Assembly (NCBI GenBank): GCA_964430025.1
Contig: CAYSFA010000001.1
Span: forward strand, 1 to 60,698
Source: an uncultured Anaerolineaceae bacterium
Lineage (GTDB): Bacteria; Chloroflexota; Anaerolineae; Anaerolineales; Anaerolineaceae
DNA length: 60,698 bases
Direction: 5' to 3'
In this document: positions 17,626-25,559 of the stretch, piece after piece
Position numbering within the stretch: position 1 is the first letter of the stretch
Layout of the letters: each line of letters starts with the position of its first letter
Notes under the pieces: generated by a model
Seen by the model: only the letters and a program-made list of their open reading frames with translations
Told to the model about the DNA's origin: nothing
Database searches by the model: none
Position numbers and translations under genes: made by a program

Positions 17626-18184
17626 AACCGGGGAACTCCTCTGCCTTGGTGTTAAGTCTCACTAAATCTTTTATATAAGTGTACAAAGACATTACTCCAG
17701 ACGCAATTAGATTCAGACTGTTAATTCGTAACTGGGAATAATAAGCCATCGCATTTACTGTTTCCATCACGAGATCAATACTGGGTTCATCTCCCATAAC
17801 CTCCAAAACATGGCGATAATAAATAACTTTCTGGCTCTCATTCATGCCAAACGCACCAATAGGTGTGGACCAATTAGCCATTAATATCAAACGTGCCAAA
17901 TCCGAAATGGCTTCCTTTTTGAAATCAAACGGAAAGCGAATATAAAACTGCAGGAAATCCACTTTGGAATCATTAAATTCCTGTGATATTAGAGAAGCAT
18001 CAGGATCTGTGTTCGCCAGCTCCAATAAATCACTCAGGTAAAAAATCGTTAGTGCTAAATCGGAATCCTTCTCCAAAACAACAACGAGTTGTTCTTTGGT
18101 GTTGTCTTCGTTTAAGGGAACTTCGTAAGACTCATACCCCTGTTGAAGCAAGCCTTCTTTTATGTCCTTAAGAATTATTTTCAC
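17615..18184 (-). CDS. hypothetical acidic 189-aa protein between cargo and cap; possible YbjN/T3SS-chaperone-like fold, or an immunity protein
   Basis: No definitive motif. Acidic, with alpha/beta-looking segments (LVVVLEKDSDLALTIFYL, FLQFYIRFPF, IGAFGMNESQKVIYYRHVLEV). GTG start with GAAAGGA RBS. The call rests mainly on position. Confidence 0.3.
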   Translation of the reverse strand: MKIILKDIKEGLLQQGYESYEVPLNEDNTKEQLVVVLEKDSDLALTIFYLSDLLELANTDPDASLISQEFNDSKVDFLQFYIRFPFDFKKEAISDLARLILMANWSTPIGAFGMNESQKVIYYRHVLEVMGDEPSIDLVMETVNAMAYYSQLRINSLNLIASGVMSLYTYIKDLVRLNTKAEEFPGYDL

Positions 18185-18200
18185 GAATGTCCTTTCCCGT

Positions 18201-21200
18201 TTAGAGCTTTGATAATTTCGATTTTATTAATGCAGTGGCTGCGGCTTCATCCTCGTCAATCCAGGAGGTATAAGAGGTAGTATCTCCTAAATTAATTAGG
18301 TTGATTTTCAAAACATTCACGACAAATTCAGCCGCTTTCTTGCTTGTGTTGGCATCCGAACTCCTTAGCAAGCCGATCAGATTTGTAGCCTGAGTATTTA
18401 ACTCAGAATCACTGGGCTTATTTTTCTTTTCTGCAATCATCTGTCCAATGCCACCAAGAATCCCTAAACCACTCATAGCTGCACCAGCAATTCCTAAGCC
18501 AAAACCACCTTCTTTTGACATTCCAGCCAAGCTACCAATACCACCAATCGTACCTAAGCCACTTCCAAGAAATGAAGTAACAGATTTAAAAATTCCGAAC
18601 CCTTTTCCTGTCTTATTCTGATTCTTTGCGGTAAATTGAGCAATCGCGTTCATTTTAACTTCATCGCTCGTTAATGCCCCACTAGCGGGAGCTGCTTTGA
18701 TGAATCCTTTGGCGGCACTACTTCTTTTCCTGGCGCTGTGCATCGAAGCGCTGCCTTTGCCCAATCCTAGTCCGGAACCTATCATCCCAAAGAAGCCACC
18801 AGCCACACCAAGGCCACTGGAAGCTTTGTCAGCACTATCTCCTGAAGGATCATTGGCTTTGATAACATTGCCTGAAAAACTCGAACCACTACTCGCCATA
18901 CCAAAAACTGATTGTGAAATTCCCCATCTTCCGCGGGATTTTTCTTTTTCTCCGTATAGTTTTGACGCTTTGGAACTGTTTTTGTCCGACATTTTGCTGC
19001 CACGCCGTAGTTGAGAAATACTGCCCAACAATGATCCACTGGAAGCCAGGAAATTTCCCGCGTCTGCAGCCGCGCTGGTACCAGCTCCAGCCCTGTCCAA
19101 TGTTTCATTATCCCCCGTACCCTTGGAAAGACTGGTAATTGACCCCGCCAACCCAACGCTACTAAGAACGGTATCTGTTGCGCCATGTCCTGTTACTTCC
19201 CCAATTTTATCCATGGCATTTTCTTTTTTGTCTCTTCTGAACTTCGCATTATTGATTGCTTTTTGTATCTCAGGAATTGTGGATTTCGAAAGAGCATCAC
19301 CTCGTATTAGTGCCCCTAATCCATTCCAGTAGGAAGGGGACATTTGAGGATAAGCATCTTTTATTTTCTTCCAATCAGCTGCGGAAGAGATATCCCGTTC
19401 ACCACCATCCAATGGCCATATCCCAGATACTGCTGCTGCCCCTAATTCACCTAATTGAGCATCATTTAATCCAAATTCCAGAAGATAACCTCTTCTTTCA
19501 TTGCTTGTGATTTTTGTCCAATTTGATAAACTCAATTTAAGTTTAGAAGTAATGTTTGTGAAAATTCCATCATCCTTAATTGGATTTCTGTTTTTGTCAA
19601 GCGGCCAATTTCCCTGGAGAGCTAGTACCACCAAATCTCCAATGTAAGATTTAGTGCCATTAGATAATAGAAAACTTCTTTGGTCTTTGTCAGCTATGGA
19701 AAGCCATTTTGCTAATGAAATTTTCAAAGTTTCGGTGATTGTTTTGAATTTATTATCGTCCAGGATATCCTGGTCACTTTCACCTTTTGGCCAACTACTT
19801 TGAAGAACAAGTTTGACTAATTCTCCTATGTAAGTCATTGAACTATTATCGAGCAGGAATCCTCTTCTTTCTTTCGTAATAGATAGCCAATTTGTCAAGG
19901 ATATTTTCAGGCTGTTAGTGATTTTAGTTAAATTACCATCATCAAAAATAAGTGCATCACTGCCATCTTTCGGCCATTTTCCTTGAATAACCATCCCAGC
20001 TAATTCAATAGCGTAAGATTTAATTCCATTATCAAGAAGACATTTTCTTTTGTTAAGATCCGTAATTCCCATCCAATTATTAATGGAAAGTTTAAAGGTT
20101 TTTGTCAGTAGACTTAATTTTTCATCGCTTAAAATTTCTTGATCATTTCCATCCTTTGGCCATTTGTTGGATAAAGCCAATGACACTAGTTCTGTAGCAT
20201 ATGGTTTAGTGCCGTTCTCCAAAAGGAATTTTCTTTGGGGTAAATTCGAAATATTAAGCCATTGATCAAGGGTAATATTCAAGGATTTTGTGATAATGTT
20301 GAATGAATTTGCATCCATGATATCCTGATCATTCCCGTCTTTTGGCCATTTACCCTGGAGAGCTAAATTCAATAATTGTTTTACGTATGGTTTTGTACCA
20401 TTCTGTAACAGGAAACCTCTTTGTTTTATCTCGCTAATCGTTTGCCATTGATCCAAAGCAATATTCCATGTAACAGTGATTAATTTATATGAATTTTCAT
20501 TAAGGATTTCCTGATCATTGCCATCTTTTGGCCATTTTGCTGCAAGTGCCAACTCTGCTAATTTAACCGCATACAGCTGTGCACTATTTTTCAACAGGAA
20601 GTCTCTCTGTTTTTTATCTGAAATGGTTTGCCACTTATCTAAAGAAATTTTCAGGGTGTCAGTGATAGTCTTAATGATATTCTCATCAAGAATGAACTGA
20701 TCATTTCCATCTTTTGGCCAATTACCCTGAAGGGCCAAATCAAATAATGTTTTTGCAAAAGGTTTCGTTCCATTCCCTAAGAGGAACCCTCTTTGGGTTT
20801 TTTCCATAATCGAGACCCATTGATTCAAGGTTTTTCCAAGTACCTCAGTGATGGTTTTGTAGCTATTCTCATCAGAGATATCCTGATCGTTACCATCTTT
20901 CGGCCAATTCTTAGTTTTAGCAAGTGCGATTAGATCCTGGATAAATGTTTTATCTTTCAAATCTATTAACAATTTTTTGTAAGGTGCATCCAATGTTGCC
21001 CAATCAGCGAAAGATACTTTTAGAGTTTCTATAATGATTCTCAATTTTGTTATCCCAGTTATCTCTGCACCAGATTCATCTTTTGGCCATTGTGATGCTT
21101 TCAATGCTGTGACTAACATTTGTGCTATCGCTGGATCCGATTTAACTAAATCCATTATTATTTTCTGTTTCTCTTGGGGAATGTTGTCCCAATCAGCTTG

Positions 21201-22064
21201 ATCCAACACACCTGCGCCTTGCACCAAGGCTAAATCCGCTGGGCTCAGACCTGGTTTGGGAGCTGGAGCTGGGGTTGAGGTTGTTTGGGATGGTGGAGTT
21301 GTGCCTTGCGGAGGAGTAGTGTTGGTTTGGGTCCCTCCCTTTGAGAATACACCACCGATTTTTGATTTTATTCCAGCCATTGTTAAACGTTGAACAGTAT
21401 CAGGGGTGGTGGAAGTAACCCCTTGAGATTGTCGTTGCCCAGATTTAGCAAATCCTTCTGCCTCATGTTCAAATTTATCATTTGGATCCCCTAACTTCAA
21501 TGGCCCATTCGATGCAGAACCGGAGGATTGTTGTACCACATGAGTCAACTCATGCATAAGAGTATCACGTCCTTCTTCTGAGTTGGGAGAGTAAGCTCCT
21601 TTTCGGAAGAAGATATCATTACCAATTGTGAAAGCTTTGGCTTGGATTTTCCGGCTGACAGTATCTGCCCGTTGATCAGCATGCAAACGAACATTTTCAA
21701 AACTTTTCCCAAATTTTGATTTCATCTGTTCAGAGACATCTGCCTGTAACGGTTGCCCGCCAGATTTTGCTCGTTGAATTTCATTGGTCACATATTTATT
21801 CAAAAACCCAGTCTGATCAACTACTGGATCTTCTGTTTTAGCAGGTTGAATTATTCTTCTTACTTCATTATTTCCATAGCGGTTTTGTAACGTTTGAATC
21901 ACCTGTGGAGTGGATTCCATCGGAGATTTAACTGCATGGATCAATTGGTCCACTGATTCAAATTGATTCTGAATCAGCTGTGGTTTCGAAAACTCATGTT
22001 TTTGGATATCATGTTCCTGATTCTTTTCCTTACTTTTCAGGTGTTCATTTTGAGTTTTTGCCAT
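18201..22064 (-). CDS. DUF4157 zinc-metallopeptidase-like (HEXXH) protein with ten ~62-aa repeats and a Gly/Ser-rich glycine-zipper C-terminal region; candidate CIS cargo/effector
   Basis: The DUF4157 core GGQPLQADVSEQMKSKFGKSFENVRLHADQRADTVSRKIQAKAFTIGNDIFFRKGAYSPNSEEGRDTLMHELTHVVQQ has HELTH at nt 21540-21554. It is followed by a Pro/Thr linker, then 10 WP(K/L)(D/G) repeats, then GxxxG-rich hydrophobic segments. ATG at 22064 (track GTG at 22070). Overlaps the ATPase gene's 3' end by 20-26 nt. Confidence 0.85.
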   Translation of the reverse strand: MAKTQNEHLKSKEKNQEHDIQKHEFSKPQLIQNQFESVDQLIHAVKSPMESTPQVIQTLQNRYGNNEVRRIIQPAKTEDPVVDQTGFLNKYVTNEIQRAKSGGQPLQADVSEQMKSKFGKSFENVRLHADQRADTVSRKIQAKAFTIGNDIFFRKGAYSPNSEEGRDTLMHELTHVVQQSSGSASNGPLKLGDPNDKFEHEAEGFAKSGQRQSQGVTSTTPDTVQRLTMAGIKSKIGGVFSKGGTQTNTTPPQGTTPPSQTTSTPAPAPKPGLSPADLALVQGAGVLDQADWDNIPQEKQKIIMDLVKSDPAIAQMLVTALKASQWPKDESGAEITGITKLRIIIETLKVSFADWATLDAPYKKLLIDLKDKTFIQDLIALAKTKNWPKDGNDQDISDENSYKTITEVLGKTLNQWVSIMEKTQRGFLLGNGTKPFAKTLFDLALQGNWPKDGNDQFILDENIIKTITDTLKISLDKWQTISDKKQRDFLLKNSAQLYAVKLAELALAAKWPKDGNDQEILNENSYKLITVTWNIALDQWQTISEIKQRGFLLQNGTKPYVKQLLNLALQGKWPKDGNDQDIMDANSFNIITKSLNITLDQWLNISNLPQRKFLLENGTKPYATELVSLALSNKWPKDGNDQEILSDEKLSLLTKTFKLSINNWMGITDLNKRKCLLDNGIKSYAIELAGMVIQGKWPKDGSDALIFDDGNLTKITNSLKISLTNWLSITKERRGFLLDNSSMTYIGELVKLVLQSSWPKGESDQDILDDNKFKTITETLKISLAKWLSIADKDQRSFLLSNGTKSYIGDLVVLALQGNWPLDKNRNPIKDDGIFTNITSKLKLSLSNWTKITSNERRGYLLEFGLNDAQLGELGAAAVSGIWPLDGGERDISSAADWKKIKDAYPQMSPSYWNGLGALIRGDALSKSTIPEIQKAINNAKFRRDKKENAMDKIGEVTGHGATDTVLSSVGLAGSITSLSKGTGDNETLDRAGAGTSAAADAGNFLASSGSLLGSISQLRRGSKMSDKNSSKASKLYGEKEKSRGRWGISQSVFGMASSGSSFSGNVIKANDPSGDSADKASSGLGVAGGFFGMIGSGLGLGKGSASMHSARKRSSAAKGFIKAAPASGALTSDEVKMNAIAQFTAKNQNKTGKGFGIFKSVTSFLGSGLGTIGGIGSLAGMSKEGGFGLGIAGAAMSGLGILGGIGQMIAEKKNKPSDSELNTQATNLIGLLRSSDANTSKKAAEFVVNVLKINLINLGDTTSYTSWIDEDEAAATALIKSKLSKL
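19290..21150 (-). repeat. in-frame tandem coding repeat, 10 units, central units exactly 186 nt (62 aa)
   Basis: The conserved core tggccaaaagatgg (plus strand ...ccatcttttggcca) ends at 21089, 20906, 20720, 20534, 20348, 20162, 19976, 19793, 19617 and 19417. Spacings are 183, 186, 186, 186, 186, 186, 183, 176 and 200 nt. The outer boundaries of the array are approximate. Confidence 0.85.
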
Positions 22065-24258
22065 TTCCACCTTCCTTTTGCGTCAATAACAGATCCTTAT
22101 CCTGGACCAATCTACCCATTTTTTGCATTTCCCTGCGAATTGCGTGAAGCAAATGCTGATTCGAAACATACGAGTTCTCACTCGCGGCTAGAAATGATGC
22201 GCTGATTATGACATTTCTAATCGAGCCACCGGTTAGTTTAAAACGATCACCTAATTCATTCAAATCAATATCCTCAGCCAGTGGGACTTCAGCGGGGAAT
22301 AATACTTTCCAGATCTTTTGTCTTTCCTTCTCATCTGGGAATGGAAAATCAACGATAAATTGAATTCGGCGGGTAAAAGCTTCATCCATGTTCGAACGGA
22401 GATTGGTCGCCAGGATGACTACTCCATCGTACGTCTCCATACGTTGGAGTAAATATCCTACTTCGATATTGGCATAGCGATCATGAGCGTCTTTTACCTC
22501 TGACCGTTTTCCAAAAATAGAATCAGCTTCATCAAAGAATAGAATTGCATTGCTGTTTTTTGCCTGGCTAAAAATCCTCTCTAAATTCTTTTCCGTTTCA
22601 CCAATATATTTACTAACAACGGTAGAAAGATCAATTTTGTACAAATCCATTCTCAATTCAGCTGCGATAACTTGTGCTGCAAGAGTTTTGCCAGTTCCTG
22701 GTGGACCTGCAAATAAAGCCGACACACCTGCATAAGGCATTAATCTTTTCCCTACTCCCCATTCATCCAAAACCACTGATCGCCAACGAATAGTATTCGC
22801 TAATTCACGCAGAGATTGAATTCCATCTTCAGGGAGAACTATATCTTCCCATTTATATCTGGGTTGAATTTTTGTTGCCAACGTATTCAGATGATGGCTG
22901 GAATAAAACCTGGCTGCTTCATATAAATCATCAATTGTGGTGGGCATTCCTTTACTGATAGCAAGATCTTGTGCAGAAAAAGCAACATTCTGGATCTGAC
23001 TGGCCGAAAGGTTAAACTGATTTGCGAAAATCTCTAATTCCTGGTCATCAATACGAGAATTGTCGCCAAGATATTCCTTCCAAATATTTAGTCGTTTCCC
23101 ACCAGGAGGATTTACACAATTCAGCCAGAATACAGGCTTGTTGTTTTCTTTTTGATTTCGAAGGATTGGCCAATTCTTTTCCTGATGAACTAGAACTGTA
23201 TCCTCAAAGTTTAAGAATTGTTGGAAGAAAGTATCGATTTCTTCATTGGTATTAAAAACAGCATCCAACCCGGTGATCATAGGAATTGCACCAGACAATT
23301 TCACATCCCTCATGAATATTCTGAATAAATCATTTTTTGATTGATCGTTGATCTGTAATTTATCCAGCTCTAGAACCAATAATGATTGTTCTTGTTTGGC
23401 AGCGATGTGATCAGAAATGTACTGCTTTTGTAATACATCATGACCATAAAGAATAATGATTGGTTTTTGTTTCAGAACAAAGTCCAATCCCTCAGGAAGA
23501 TCGAAAATTTCTGAGGTTCTGTTATTCATTGTAGGTGCTATCAAAGTTAAGCCTTCAGCAAGATATTTATCCGGTTGAAATTCACCAATTAACCATGAAA
23601 TAACCTCACCTGGAACGATGTAATTTTGCTTTAATATTGGCTTTTCGGCAGATTGAATATCTGAATAATTTCTGATCAGGTGGTTCTTGATCAAAGTCGA
23701 TGATTTATTAAAATACTTCAGATAAGTAAGTTTTTCAAAATCCGGTTTTAACAACAAATCAAAGATTAAAGAAATACTCGCGTACTTAGTGGTGACATCA
23801 TCATGTAGAAATCCAAAAATTTTCTCATAACGAGTATCCAACATAGGAGACAGGCAAACCAGAAAAGCATTAAATTCAAATTCGGATAAATTAAATAAAT
23901 TTCTAAATTCTTCAAGTTTTAATTTCTTGTTTTCAACCGAAGCTTGTGTCTTAATTCGGTCGATTTCCTCCGCAACCTGTTTTCTCAAATGAGTAAATTG
24001 TTGAATTTCTTCTTCTGGTAATGAACTGATCGACCCCCAATTTCCACCGATTGGTTGTTCGAGTACTTTCTGAATTGTTCCTTCTGAAATAAATAAACCC
24101 CTGAAATTTTCCGAGAAATTCAGACCGGCCAATTCCCAGCGCCGTATAGCTTCTCGAATATGCAAATCAATTTTTAGTAAATATAAATGCAAATACTGAA
24201 AATTTATATGCATTAAATTTTCAATATTGTCATCACTTTTCCAATATGTGTCTTCCAC
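22045..24258 (-). CDS. AAA+ ATPase (Afp15/Pvc15-like), first gene of the CIS operon
   Basis: C-terminal AAA module has Walker A GPPGTGKT and Walker B AILFFDEADSIF, preceded by a long N-terminal domain. GTG start at 24258 with GAAGGA 6 nt upstream. Confidence 0.85.
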   Translation of the reverse strand: MEDTYWKSDDNIENLMHINFQYLHLYLLKIDLHIREAIRRWELAGLNFSENFRGLFISEGTIQKVLEQPIGGNWGSISSLPEEEIQQFTHLRKQVAEEIDRIKTQASVENKKLKLEEFRNLFNLSEFEFNAFLVCLSPMLDTRYEKIFGFLHDDVTTKYASISLIFDLLLKPDFEKLTYLKYFNKSSTLIKNHLIRNYSDIQSAEKPILKQNYIVPGEVISWLIGEFQPDKYLAEGLTLIAPTMNNRTSEIFDLPEGLDFVLKQKPIIILYGHDVLQKQYISDHIAAKQEQSLLVLELDKLQINDQSKNDLFRIFMRDVKLSGAIPMITGLDAVFNTNEEIDTFFQQFLNFEDTVLVHQEKNWPILRNQKENNKPVFWLNCVNPPGGKRLNIWKEYLGDNSRIDDQELEIFANQFNLSASQIQNVAFSAQDLAISKGMPTTIDDLYEAARFYSSHHLNTLATKIQPRYKWEDIVLPEDGIQSLRELANTIRWRSVVLDEWGVGKRLMPYAGVSALFAGPPGTGKTLAAQVIAAELRMDLYKIDLSTVVSKYIGETEKNLERIFSQAKNSNAILFFDEADSIFGKRSEVKDAHDRYANIEVGYLLQRMETYDGVVILATNLRSNMDEAFTRRIQFIVDFPFPDEKERQKIWKVLFPAEVPLAEDIDLNELGDRFKLTGGSIRNVIISASFLAASENSYVSNQHLLHAIRREMQKMGRLVQDKDLLLTQKEGGNGKNSK

Positions 24259-24570
24259 GTGTGATCCTTCGATGGAATTTAAATTGTGTTAATGACTATT
24301 ATGATTAATTATAGATATCAATTAGAAATAGTAATAAGAAAAAACTAATAAATACTTAGAAAAAAATCTAAAATATGACATCTATCATAGCCACATTATT
24401 AGTTTAGTAATTTTTTCCTCAAATTGCAAACTTTTGTGACAGCAGACTCTTGTTTATTTATTAGAAAATTTTAATATTTCCTCCAAAAACCCCAAACGAA
24501 TTTTTCACAAAAAAACTAGCTACTTGGCTAATGAATGTTTTTATAGGATGGTTTATTATTGAATTAAATA
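24259..24570. promoter_or_regulatory. very AT-rich 312-bp intergenic region upstream of the CIS operon; presumed promoter region
   Basis: It is the largest non-coding stretch near the operon and lies directly 5' of the first CIS gene. I could not confidently place -35/-10 boxes. Confidence 0.3.
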
Positions 24571-24591
24571 TTGAACTATGTTATCAATTTT

Positions 24592-24834
24592 ATGAAAATG
24601 AAAGCAAATTCTTATTCCCCAACAAATACATTTGAACTAGAGGAACACTTCAGGAAAAGAAGACGAGTTCTCATTCAAATTATTGCGATTCTCAGCCTAA
24701 TTGTAGGTTGGAGCATACCTCTTTTAATCATTATTGGAATGATTCACAACAGTTTATGGGTACTATTCTTAGGAACTGGATTGATTGAGGTTGGTTTTAT
24801 TCTCCAATTATTGATATCTTCTGGCGAGATCTAA
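24592..24834 (+). CDS. small hypothetical membrane protein (two predicted TM helices)
   Basis: ORF-track protein with hydrophobic stretches LIQIIAILSLIVGWSIPLLIIIGMI and LWVLFLGTGLIEVGFILQLLI. No recognisable family, and the start is uncertain (TTG at 24571 or ATG at 24592). Confidence 0.3.
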   Translation: MKMKANSYSPTNTFELEEHFRKRRRVLIQIIAILSLIVGWSIPLLIIIGMIHNSLWVLFLGTGLIEVGFILQLLISSGEI

Positions 24835-24836
24835 CC

Positions 24837-25523
24837 TTACCATATTCCAGGAATCAATCGATATTTCACCTTCTTAATATATACCTCATACCCATCCAGC
24901 TCTTTGAGGAGTTTCTTTTCTTCATTTAATAATCTTATTGCAAGCATGAAAGGAAATACGATGGCTGGGATAATTGCCCAATAGGAACCTAATGCAACCG
25001 GGGTGAAAAGAAAAATTATTGTCATCGCCATATACATCGGATGTCGAACTACTGCATAAACACCATGGGATATTACCTTTTGTCCTTCTTCAACCTCAAC
25101 TGTGCGGGATGCAAATTCATTGGTTTTTACCGTCAGGATGAAGACAATATAACCTGCAAAAACTAAAACATCTGCGAAGATGGAAAACCAAACAGGAACA
25201 AAAGACCACCCAAAGCGTTTATCAAACCCTGGAACGAGAAAAATTGCAAGAATCAAAAATGACGACAGAACAATTATCCACTTTTGCTGATTCTCTCTTT
25301 CTTTCAGGTTCATCCTTCTTTCCAAAACAGTTTGCTGATTTTTTAACAAATAAAATGCGTAGATTATCATCGGAACAAATAACACTGCCATGTAAAGCCA
25401 GGCTTGCCAGAATTGAGTACTACCAGCTGTAAGAAAGAAAATCAAACCAACAATGGAGATCCCCATCAACAATCGAATACTTACCATAACAAACAAACGA
25501 GTTTGGGTAGTTTTTTTATTCAT
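24837..25523 (-). CDS. isoprenylcysteine carboxyl methyltransferase (ICMT)/phospholipid methyltransferase family membrane protein
   Basis: Multi-TM protein with the C-terminal motif GVYAVVRHPMYMAMTIIFLFTPVALGSYWA typical of the family. ATG at 25523 is preceded by AAGAGG. Confidence 0.65.
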   Translation of the reverse strand: MNKKTTQTRLFVMVSIRLLMGISIVGLIFFLTAGSTQFWQAWLYMAVLFVPMIIYAFYLLKNQQTVLERRMNLKERENQQKWIIVLSSFLILAIFLVPGFDKRFGWSFVPVWFSIFADVLVFAGYIVFILTVKTNEFASRTVEVEEGQKVISHGVYAVVRHPMYMAMTIIFLFTPVALGSYWAIIPAIVFPFMLAIRLLNEEKKLLKELDGYEVYIKKVKYRLIPGIW

Positions 25524-25559
25524 ATTAACCTCTTTGTGCAACTTCTCTCTGGTTTTATT

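Noticed and set aside
2128-19510. Many 60-140-aa plus-strand and alternative-frame ORFs in the track that lie inside the CIS genes (e.g. 2128-2343, 5525-5749, 6506-6826, 8435-8764, 11971-12237, 13317-13595, 13418-13714, 16058-16384, 18697-19014, 18782-19186).
   Set aside because: All are fully embedded antisense or out of frame within long, motif-supported CDSs. They have odd composition and no RBS or family signal, so I treat them as shadow ORFs.
19290-21150. Regular 186-nt periodic repeats as a possible CRISPR array or non-coding satellite.
   Set aside because: The repeats are in frame inside one long ORF. Units are contiguous with no unique spacers, and conservation follows amino-acid rather than nucleotide identity.
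1-24258. Possibility that the tail-like cluster is a prophage remnant, R-type tailocin or T6SS.
   Set aside because: There are no capsid, portal, terminase, integrase, holin or endolysin genes. There is no TssB/C pair, TssJLM or ClpV. The presence of DUF4255 cap, Afp15-type AAA+ and DUF4157 proteins points to an eCIS-type system.
24259-24570. Attempt to place -35/-10 hexamers for the CIS operon promoter (e.g. tataat on the minus strand at 24309-24314).
   Set aside because: The region is so AT-rich that TATAAT-like hexamers occur by chance, and no properly spaced TTGACA-like partner was found. Only the region, not a promoter, is reported.
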